A stretch of DNA of 64,000 nucleotides from [Candidatus Thermochlorobacteriaceae] bacterium GBChlB (lineage in GTDB: Bacteria > Bacteroidota > Chlorobiia > Chlorobiales > Thermochlorobacteraceae), in contig JPGV01000003.1 of the NCBI GenBank assembly GCA_000724175.1, forward strand, positions 4,205 through 68,204, read 5' to 3'. Each line of letters opens with the position of its first letter. Position 1 is the stretch's first letter. This document shows positions 45,945-53,818 of the stretch, one piece after another. A model generated the notes under the pieces. The model did no database searches, was not told where the DNA came from, and saw only the letters and a list, made by a program, of their open reading frames with translations. Made by a program: the position numbers and the translations under genes.

Positions 45945-46775
45945 ATGATGAATGGAAAAGTATGCGTCGTTACGGGCGCTAGCGCTGGTATTGGAAAAGA
46001 GACGGCAAAAGCCTTAGCGGCAATGGGGGCGACGACTGCGCTCGTCTGCCGTAACAAAGAGCGCGGCGACGCTGCCATGGCTGAAATTTCTCAAGCCTTC
46101 CCAAACGCAAATACTCAGCTTTTTCTTGCCGACCTCTCGTCGCAGAAGCAGGTTCGGCGCGTCGCCGAAGAGCTATCGGGGGCATTTCCAAAAATCGATG
46201 TATTGGTCAATAACGCGGGCGTGATTGAGAACAATCGGCGCGTAACGGAAGACGGTCTCGAGATGACATTTGCCACAAATCACCTTGCTTATTTTTTGCT
46301 GACGAACTTGCTTTTGCCGAATCTGAAAGCTGCTGCGCCCTCGCGCATTGTCAGTGTCTCATCGGCGGCACACTACGGCGCTACACTCCATTTCGACGAC
46401 TTACAGAACGAGAAAGAGTACAACGGGTGGCGCGCCTATGGTCAATCCAAACTTGCCAACATACTTTTCACCTTCGAGCTTGCCCGCCGATTAGACGGCA
46501 CGGGCGTTACAGCGACCTGCCTTCATCCGGGCGTCATTGGCACGCAGTTGTTCCGAAATTTAGGCTTGCTCAATGCGGTTGCTGGACTCTTTTTAGTTAG
46601 CCCTGAAAAAGGCGCAGCGACAACCATTTACTTGGCAAGTTCGCCCGATGTCGAGGGCGTAACAGGAAAGTTTTTTGACGATAAAAAAATCAAAGCGCCG
46701 TCGAGCGCGGCGCAAAACATTGTCGATGCAAAACGGTTGTGGGAAATCAGCACAGCGCTATGTGGGTTACCGTAA
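45945..46775 (+). CDS. Classical short-chain dehydrogenase/reductase (retinol-dehydrogenase-like)
   Basis: 276 aa. Contains VVTGASAGIGKE, NNAG and YGQSKLAN (YxxxK). No signal peptide. Confidence 0.88.
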   Translation: MMNGKVCVVTGASAGIGKETAKALAAMGATTALVCRNKERGDAAMAEISQAFPNANTQLFLADLSSQKQVRRVAEELSGAFPKIDVLVNNAGVIENNRRVTEDGLEMTFATNHLAYFLLTNLLLPNLKAAAPSRIVSVSSAAHYGATLHFDDLQNEKEYNGWRAYGQSKLANILFTFELARRLDGTGVTATCLHPGVIGTQLFRNLGLLNAVAGLFLVSPEKGAATTIYLASSPDVEGVTGKFFDDKKIKAPSSAAQNIVDAKRLWEISTALCGLP

Positions 46776-46853
46776 CGCACATTGGAAAAGTTCACGCCGC
46801 GTTGGTATCTTCCCTCATTCGCGTTCTATCAACAAAACGAAAGGAAAGATACC

Positions 46854-48176
46854 ATGACGATGCGGCGATTTCTGCCGATTTTCTCCCTGTTCTTCTCTGT
46901 GTTGCCCACCCTTGCACAAGAGCAGCCGCTTGTTTATCGCGGCGCAACCATTTATCCGATTGCAGGCGACCCGATTGAAAACGGTGTGCTGGTTGTTCAA
47001 GGCGGAAAAATCGTCGCTGTTGGCAAAGACGGCAGTGTCCAAGTTCCGCAGGGCGCAACAACGATTGACGCCAAAGGCAAAGTAATTTTGCCCGGACTTG
47101 TCGACACGCACTCGCACATCGGGCGCGGCGACGGCGGCGATGCCTCCTCGACCACACACCCGTCGGTTCGAATCCTCGACGCCATTGACCCGCGCGCTAC
47201 TGGCTTCAAGAAGGCGCTTGCGGGCGGCATTACCACTGTGAATGTTATGCCGGGGTCGGGACACTTGATGAGCGGGCAAACCGCGTATCTGAAAATTCGA
47301 AAAGATGCGCGCTCGATTGAAGAGATGCTCTTCGTGAGCGACCCGCTTAAAGAAATTGCAGGTGGGCTGAAAATGGCAAACGGCACGAACCCGCTTCGTC
47401 CCGCGCCCTTTTCGCAAACGCGCTCTAAATCGGCGTCGATGATTCGAGTGCTTTACCTGAAAGCCCAAGACTACCAAGCTAAAATGAAAGCCGCCGGTGG
47501 AGACGCGGAGAAGTTGCCGAAGCGCGATTTGGAAATGGAAACGCTTGTGGAAGTGCTGGAAGGCAAGCGCATCGTGCAGCACCATACGCATCGCGCCGAC
47601 GATATTCTCACCGTGCTGCGCATCGCCAAAGAGTTTGGATATAAACCTGTGCTGCACCACGTCAGCGAAGGCTGGAAGGTCGCCAAAGAAATCGCCGACG
47701 CCAAAGCGCCCTGTTCCATTATCGTCTTGGATTCGCCGGGCGGCAAGTTGGAAGCGGTCGAGCTGCGTTTTGAGACCGGAAAAATTTTGGAAGATGCCGG
47801 CGTTGATGTGGCGTTTCATACCGACGATGGCATCACTGACTCTCGGTTCTTTCTACGCTCTGCGGCGCTTGGCGTGCGCGGCGGCATGTCGCGCAAGAAG
47901 GCATTGGAGGCACTCACGCTGGCGGGCGCACGTATGCTCGGCTTGGAAAAACGTGTTGGCTCACTTGAAGTCGGCAAAGATGCGGATTTCATCGTTCTCT
48001 CTGGCGACCCATTTAGCACTTACACGCACGTGCTTGAAACTTATGTGGAGGGCCAGAAAGTCTTCGACCGACAAAATCCCGACGATTACAAATTCGCCGT
48101 CGGCGGCTACGATGTCTATCAACCGGGCGAGTATCAAGTCGAGTGCTGCGGCTTTATGTTAGAAAATATGAGGTGA
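46854..48176 (+). CDS. Amidohydrolase-superfamily metallohydrolase (COG1228-like), secreted, catalytic motifs intact
   Basis: 440 aa from the ATG at 46854, with AAGGAAAG upstream. Has the signal peptide FLPIFSLFFSVLPTLAQ, the HxH motif in LVDTHSHIG, and the late FHTDDG aspartate motif. Confidence 0.85.
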   Translation: MTMRRFLPIFSLFFSVLPTLAQEQPLVYRGATIYPIAGDPIENGVLVVQGGKIVAVGKDGSVQVPQGATTIDAKGKVILPGLVDTHSHIGRGDGGDASSTTHPSVRILDAIDPRATGFKKALAGGITTVNVMPGSGHLMSGQTAYLKIRKDARSIEEMLFVSDPLKEIAGGLKMANGTNPLRPAPFSQTRSKSASMIRVLYLKAQDYQAKMKAAGGDAEKLPKRDLEMETLVEVLEGKRIVQHHTHRADDILTVLRIAKEFGYKPVLHHVSEGWKVAKEIADAKAPCSIIVLDSPGGKLEAVELRFETGKILEDAGVDVAFHTDDGITDSRFFLRSAALGVRGGMSRKKALEALTLAGARMLGLEKRVGSLEVGKDADFIVLSGDPFSTYTHVLETYVEGQKVFDRQNPDDYKFAVGGYDVYQPGEYQVECCGFMLENMR

Positions 48177-48230
48177 TGCAGCGTTAAACACCAAGCAAAC
48201 CTTCGAAAGACTCTTTGAATCGAACACATC

Positions 48231-49442
48231 ATGAGAAACCACATAAAACTTATCGTCGTCGCGCTCGGCTTGATTTTACAGGCGGTTTCAGCCGTTGGGC
48301 AAATCGCTGTTCAGGGAGAAACGGTGTACACCATGGCGGGCGCACCCCTCAAAAACGGCGTTGTCTTAATCAAGAATGGGAAAATTGAAGCCGTCGGCAC
48401 AGGACTGGCTATCCCTGCGACCTACAAAATCGTCCAGTCGAAAGTCGTTACGCCCGGACTTGTCGATGCGCACTCCGTCGTCGGGCTTGCGGGCATCTTG
48501 AATTACAGTCAAGACCAAGACCAGCTTGAACTTTCCGACGCCATTCAGCCCGAACTGCGCGCTGTTGATTCCTACAATGCCCGCGAAGACCTCGTAAAGT
48601 GGTTGCGCGATTTTGGCATCACGACCGTGCATACCGGACATGGACCGGGCGCGCTTGCAAGCGGTCAAACCATGGTTGTGAAGACAGCCGGGAATACGGT
48701 CTCGCAGTCGCTGGTGCAGTCGCCGACGATGGTCGCCTTCACGCTCGGCGCGGCGGTCGGACAAAATTATCGTAAGCCCGGCACGCGCGCCAAAGGTGTC
48801 TCGATGCTGCGCGATGAATTTTTGAAAGCGCAAGACTATGCTAAAAAAATGCAAGCCAAAGACGCGACGAAACGACCTGCGCGCGACTTGAAAATGGACA
48901 TTCTCAACGATGTTCTTGCTGGAAACGTCTCTGCACTCTTCACCGCGCATCGCGCCACCGATATTCAGGCGGCACTGCGATTGCAAAAAGAATTCGGATT
49001 TAAACTGGTGTTAGATGGAGCGTCGGAAGCCTATCTCGTTCTCGACGAGTTAAAGAAAGCCAACGTGCCTGTCATTATTCATCCAACGATGATGCGAGCC
49101 GTCGGCGATGGCATCAATGCCTCTATGGAGACTGCCGCCGTCTTACGCAGAGCCGGCATTACCGTCGCCTTGCAATCTGGCTATGAAGGCTATGTGCCGA
49201 AGACGCGCGTCGTGCTCTTCGAAGCTGCAGTTGCTGCGGCGCATGGACTGTCGTTTGAAGATGCGCTTCGCACCATTACCATTGATGCAGCAAAAATTAT
49301 TGGAGTTTCAAAAGAGGTTGGCTCACTCGAAAAGGGCAAGGACGCCGACGTGGTATGCTTCGACGGCGACCCGTTTGAATACACCAGCCATGTCTGCACC
49401 GTTATCATCAACGGCGAGATTGTGAAGGAAACATGCAAGTAA
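48231..49442 (+). CDS. Amidohydrolase-superfamily paralog with degenerate metal-binding motifs
   Basis: 403 aa with a signal peptide. The position equivalent to HxH reads LVDAHSVVG, and the position equivalent to FHTDDG reads ALQSGYEG. Confidence 0.8.
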   Translation: MRNHIKLIVVALGLILQAVSAVGQIAVQGETVYTMAGAPLKNGVVLIKNGKIEAVGTGLAIPATYKIVQSKVVTPGLVDAHSVVGLAGILNYSQDQDQLELSDAIQPELRAVDSYNAREDLVKWLRDFGITTVHTGHGPGALASGQTMVVKTAGNTVSQSLVQSPTMVAFTLGAAVGQNYRKPGTRAKGVSMLRDEFLKAQDYAKKMQAKDATKRPARDLKMDILNDVLAGNVSALFTAHRATDIQAALRLQKEFGFKLVLDGASEAYLVLDELKKANVPVIIHPTMMRAVGDGINASMETAAVLRRAGITVALQSGYEGYVPKTRVVLFEAAVAAAHGLSFEDALRTITIDAAKIIGVSKEVGSLEKGKDADVVCFDGDPFEYTSHVCTVIINGEIVKETCK

Positions 49443-49485
49443 CGCTTTGACGCTTGCCTTATCGTTTAGCTTAACCCGAAAATCT

Positions 49486-52311
49486 ATGAAGTGGCTGAAA
49501 GCCCTTATCTTGCTTGCGGTTTCAGGCGGGCTTTTTTTCGCACTCAATACAAAGTTCGGGCAGTTGCCTCCGCTTGGAAAATTTCTCAATCCGTTCTCAG
49601 GCTTCTGGCAGAACAACGCGCAGCTTGACGACTTTCCGGAAACGCTCTCGCTCGATGGACTTCGGGATAGCGTAACCGTCGCTTGGGACAAGCGTGCTGT
49701 GCCGCACATCTTCGCGCAAAACTTGCATGACTTGTATTTCGCGCAGGGCTACCTCACGGCGCGGCATCGGTTGTGGCAAATGGAATTTCAAACGCACGCG
49801 GCAGCTGGGCGGCTCTCGGAAATCGTCGGCGCCCAAGCCATTGAGTTCGACCGCTTCCGCCGTCGCATCGGAATGCCGCTTGCCGCAGAACGCGCTGAAA
49901 AGAATATGCTTTCCCATCCTGAAACGGCGCTTGCCCTAAACGCCTACGCCGATGGCGTCAATGCGTGGATAGACGAGTTGGACGATGCACGCTTGCCAGT
50001 CGAGTATAAATTGCTCGATTACAAACCAGAACGCTGGTCGACTTACAAAACTGCGCTCTTCATCAGCTACTTCGCCTACACGCTCACGTTCCGAAACAAC
50101 GACGCGCAGATGACACGGGCGCGCGCCGCGCTCGGCGACAGGTTGTTTCAACAACTCTACCCTACGCTGCCACCGCTCGCCGAGCCTATCGTTCCCACCA
50201 ACACTCACACAACGCCGCGCACCACGCCACTGCCGAGGGCGACCGAAGCCACACGCTCGCCACTGGGAACATCACAGGACGACGAGCCATATATTTTCGG
50301 CAGCAATAACTGGGCAGTGTCGGGAAACTTCACTGCAAGCGGCAAGCCGATACTCTGCAACGACCCGCATCTGGCGCTGAACCTGCCTTCGATTTGGTAT
50401 GAAACACAATTGGTCTGTCCGCCCGAAAGCCTGAACGTCTACGGGGTTTCCGCACCCGGCGTGCCGAGCGTGCTCATTGGCTTCAATGAAAACATCGCGT
50501 GGGGTGTTACCAACGGCACATCGGACGCGATTGATTGGGTGAAAACCGACTTCACCGACTCGACCTATCGAGCCTATCGATACAACGGCGGCATTCGTCA
50601 AACAACGACGCGCGTCGAGACAATCAATGTGCGCGGCGCAGCGAGCGTCATCGATAGCATCATCGCGACGCACGTTGGCAATGTGTGTTATCGCGACAAT
50701 GAAACGCCCTTTGACGAAAGCGTGCCGAAAAACACGGCGATTTTATGGACAGCGCATCGCGCAGGAAACGAACTCTTGACATTTCTTAAACTTGCCCGCG
50801 CGAAAAATTATGATGAGTATGTAAACGCTCTTTCGAGCTACAACTCGCCTGCGCAAAACTTCGTCTTTGCCTGCAACAATGGCGACATTGCGATTTGGCA
50901 CAACGGACTTTTCCCGAAGCGACAAAAATATCAAGGCGCGTTCATTTTAAACGGGCGCGATTCGCTCGACGGCTGGCGCGAGTTTATTTCAAGACCTGAA
51001 CTGCCCCACGTAAAAAATCCATCGCGTGGCTTTGTCAGTTCTGCCAATCAGCAAGCCGTCGATGACTCCTATCCTTATTACTTAGGTTGGGACTATGCAC
51101 CGTTTGAGCGCAGTTCGCGCATCAATGCCCGACTCGCCGAACTTGCATCGACCAAAAAAATAACGGCGGACGATATGATGTCCTTGCAAACCGACGCGCT
51201 CAATCCGCTCGCTCAGTTGATTCTGCCTACCCTGCTGAAGACCCTTGATACGACAAGCCTTTCAGGCGACTCGAGAAAAGCGTTTGACGAACTTGCGCGT
51301 TGGAATTACAGGCATCAGCCCGACGCAATTGCACCGACGATATTCGAGCGGTGGTGGAGCAACTTGCAACGCGCACTATGGGAAAAAACCCTTCCTCATT
51401 CAGCGCCGTATCCAAGCCGCAATGTAACAGCCGCAGCAATCCTTACACAGGACAGTGCTTCCCGTTCATTTTTCTCGACAGCGCAGTTGTCAGTATCTAT
51501 ACAACAGAGTTTTGCGTCGGCAGTAGATACGCTGGTTGCGCGTTACGGCTCACTCCGCGATACCTGGGCGTGGAAAGAGACACGCAAAACCACAGTGCAG
51601 CACTTGGCGCGGCTTGCACCGTTCTCGCGTGAAAAACTTCACACCAGCGGGAACTACAACTGCGTCAATGCGACGGGAACAACCAGCGGGCCGTCGTGGC
51701 GGATGGTCGTTGAACTTGGCGATACGGTCAAGGCGTGGGGAATTTATCCGGGCGGTCAATCGGGCGACGCTGGCTCAGGATTTTACGACCAGATGGTTGG
51801 CGACTGGATTGACGGGAAGTATCATCGTCTGCTTTTTTTGACATCTCCAGCCCAGCCTGTCTCGTATGCACCAACAAGCATCATAGGGCAAACGCGGCTA
51901 AATCCAGCCACAGCCACGCCGACGTGGCAACGCTTTTTCGGCGTGTTTCCTCTTCAGAAACTTGGTCGGCTCTGGCAATATACGAGCCAACCATGGTGGT
52001 CATTCGCCATTGCTCTGCCTTTCATTGTCGGACTGCTTCGGAAGCCCAACGCTGCCAGCGATGCTAATGTCTTTTTTCAATACGCTACTTTTTTCGGCGC
52101 TCTGTGGCTTTGTAGCGCGCTGTTCATTGTGCTGTTTTGCGACGGCGGCGTGATAGGCGCAAAGGTCGCCGCGTTGATGAACGTCGGCAGTCCATATCTC
52201 CTTGTCCTGCTTACCAGTGCAGTTATGGCGTTGGTTGCGGGCGTAGCCAGCCTCACAGGTGTCGCGCTGCGTCGAAGTATGATGACGCAGAAAGGCATCA
52301 CAGCGTCTTGA
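49486..52311 (+). CDS. Penicillin/AHL acylase family (S45 Ntn-hydrolase), paralog 2, with a C-terminal multi-TM extension
   Basis: 941 aa from the ATG at 49486. Contains WDKRAVPHIFA...LYFAQGYLTARHRLWQME and the nucleophile context GSNNWAV...NDPHL. The last 133 aa (51910-52308) hold about three hydrophobic helices. Confidence 0.87.
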   Translation: MKWLKALILLAVSGGLFFALNTKFGQLPPLGKFLNPFSGFWQNNAQLDDFPETLSLDGLRDSVTVAWDKRAVPHIFAQNLHDLYFAQGYLTARHRLWQMEFQTHAAAGRLSEIVGAQAIEFDRFRRRIGMPLAAERAEKNMLSHPETALALNAYADGVNAWIDELDDARLPVEYKLLDYKPERWSTYKTALFISYFAYTLTFRNNDAQMTRARAALGDRLFQQLYPTLPPLAEPIVPTNTHTTPRTTPLPRATEATRSPLGTSQDDEPYIFGSNNWAVSGNFTASGKPILCNDPHLALNLPSIWYETQLVCPPESLNVYGVSAPGVPSVLIGFNENIAWGVTNGTSDAIDWVKTDFTDSTYRAYRYNGGIRQTTTRVETINVRGAASVIDSIIATHVGNVCYRDNETPFDESVPKNTAILWTAHRAGNELLTFLKLARAKNYDEYVNALSSYNSPAQNFVFACNNGDIAIWHNGLFPKRQKYQGAFILNGRDSLDGWREFISRPELPHVKNPSRGFVSSANQQAVDDSYPYYLGWDYAPFERSSRINARLAELASTKKITADDMMSLQTDALNPLAQLILPTLLKTLDTTSLSGDSRKAFDELARWNYRHQPDAIAPTIFERWWSNLQRALWEKTLPHSAPYPSRNVTAAAILTQDSASRSFFSTAQLSVSIQQSFASAVDTLVARYGSLRDTWAWKETRKTTVQHLARLAPFSREKLHTSGNYNCVNATGTTSGPSWRMVVELGDTVKAWGIYPGGQSGDAGSGFYDQMVGDWIDGKYHRLLFLTSPAQPVSYAPTSIIGQTRLNPATATPTWQRFFGVFPLQKLGRLWQYTSQPWWSFAIALPFIVGLLRKPNAASDANVFFQYATFFGALWLCSALFIVLFCDGGVIGAKVAALMNVGSPYLLVLLTSAVMALVAGVASLTGVALRRSMMTQKGITAS

Positions 52312-53095
52312 GCACTTCCCGCGCCAGTTCAATGGCTTTGGTTTTATTTTCTTCAGGCTTGTAGTCGACGGTGATGGAGAACAACTGTTTTCCGCGTAGC
52401 ACGCGCAGCAATCGGTGCTTCACACTCCACTCCGCCGCGTCGCCGAGTCCCTCGATAGGTTCAATCGCTGCGTCGCCCGAAAGTTTGGTTGCGCTGCCTT
52501 TCAGAGCTTCGCGTATCATTTTTAATGATGCTGCGTTAGTGCCTTTCTTTCGTTCTTCCTCAATGCGTTTTTCAATGTCTTCATCGCTCATACCTTTTGT
52601 GCCGCCGCGCAGCATTCTTCCGGCTTCGTCAAAGCGCCCTTTAGCCAAGGCGGCGGACGGGGCTTCATCAAAGAAACTGAGATACGCTTCGATATCGAGG
52701 CTCTCCGAGGCACTGAGCATTTCCCGCAAGTTTGTCGCGGACGCTTTGCTCATGCGCTCGTTATTGCGCTTTTCTACCTCGTCTCGATTCGGTTTCGGAA
52801 AAACAAACTTGACCGTATTGGGCATCGAGGAAAGCGGCGTTCCGAATGAATACGCGGGCTTCGGCTTGTTGCGGTCTTTGATGATGTCGTATGGCTCAAA
52901 CTTGACCGACGCATCAAGGGCGAACACGCGCTTAACCATCTCTTCCGTCAAATACGCCTTCTTTGCTTTCTGTTCAGGCGCGTCGGGCTTGGATTCAGCG
53001 TTAGCGTCGCTCTTATTTGTCGCCGCAGGCAAGCAACACAGTGCTGAGTAGCACGACCGAGAGAAAAGTTTGAATATGATTTCGCATTGTTTCAA
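52298..53095 (-). CDS. Hypothetical envelope protein; probable lipoprotein whose signal peptide is in a different frame (apparent frameshift near 53013-53020)
   Basis: The track ORF starts at a TTG (53095) with a poor N-terminus. The frame from the ATG at 53087 encodes MRNHIQTFLSVVLLSTVLLACGDK* (a textbook lipoprotein signal) and stops at 53013. The long ORF continues ...NKSDANAESKPDAPEQKAKK. Confidence 0.55.
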   Translation of the reverse strand: MKQCEIIFKLFSRSCYSALCCLPAATNKSDANAESKPDAPEQKAKKAYLTEEMVKRVFALDASVKFEPYDIIKDRNKPKPAYSFGTPLSSMPNTVKFVFPKPNRDEVEKRNNERMSKASATNLREMLSASESLDIEAYLSFFDEAPSAALAKGRFDEAGRMLRGGTKGMSDEDIEKRIEEERKKGTNAASLKMIREALKGSATKLSGDAAIEPIEGLGDAAEWSVKHRLLRVLRGKQLFSITVDYKPEENKTKAIELAREVLKTL

Positions 53096-53111
53096 TTATT
53101 TCGATGTTATG

Positions 53112-53163
53112 AAAAAACACAGCGCGGAAACCGTCGAGCAGCATAGGCAATTGCCGCGCCGTG
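53112..53163 (-). terminator. Putative terminator after the beta-barrel OMP gene
   Basis: On the minus strand, CACGGCGCGG ... CCGCGCTGTG forms a 10-bp stem with 1 mismatch and a long loop containing the palindrome GGCAATTGCC. TTTTTT follows. Confidence 0.4.
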
Positions 53164-53172
53164 TATGTGATT

Positions 53173-53727
53173 TTAGAAACCGACGGTTACGCCCAAACTG
53201 GCGATTGCCACACCGTAGCCCAAGCGTCCGTGCAAGCCGAAGCCGTTGCTCAGCCAATAGTTCGCACCGACATGTCCGCTCCACCCCAGACCGCTTGATG
53301 TCGCCGAACCGAGCGAGCCGAAGCCGGGAATGTTGATGTCAAGCGAGTAAGTGTAGAAGCCGAGTGCGACGCCGATGTAAGGATCGAACTGCGTCTTGGG
53401 CGTGAAGTGGTAATTGCCCTGCGCGCCGACGAAGATGGAGGTTACATTGACGCTTCCGACAGAATAAATGCCGACCGCGCCCGACGCGCCGATGCCCAGC
53501 GCACCCGACCCTTCGCCAAAGGGCTTATCAGCCACGATGTATTCCAAGTTCACCTGCGGCACAATCGGAAAGCTTGCGCCCGCCGCGATGAACGAGCCGC
53601 CGCCGTAGCCGACATTGCCTTGAATTAAGAACTTGCCTGACTGAATATAGGGCGATTGCGCCGATGCGCTACTCGCCAAAACCATCGCCGTTAGAAACGC
53701 GGCAAAAAAGAAAGCTGACTTTTTCAT
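53173..53727 (-). CDS. Small outer-membrane beta-barrel protein (OmpW/OmpX/porin-like)
   Basis: 184 aa. Has the signal peptide FFAAFLTAMVLASSASAQ, alternating Gly/aromatic beta-strand pattern and a C-terminal ...LGVTVGF ending in Phe. Confidence 0.78.
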   Translation of the reverse strand: MKKSAFFFAAFLTAMVLASSASAQSPYIQSGKFLIQGNVGYGGGSFIAAGASFPIVPQVNLEYIVADKPFGEGSGALGIGASGAVGIYSVGSVNVTSIFVGAQGNYHFTPKTQFDPYIGVALGFYTYSLDINIPGFGSLGSATSSGLGWSGHVGANYWLSNGFGLHGRLGYGVAIASLGVTVGF

Positions 53728-53818
53728 TGTAGTGTATTTGACGTTCGAAAAAAGTTAGTTGTAAAAAAATGTGCTTGGATTTCTCGGCTCGCCTTGCAAT
53801 GACTTTGACTATCGCCTA

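Noticed and set aside
47165-47175. GGTTCGAATCC, the classic tRNA T-loop/T-stem sequence
   Set aside because: It lies inside the amidohydrolase CDS (encoding ...SVRILD...). The flanking sequence cannot be folded into acceptor, D or anticodon arms.
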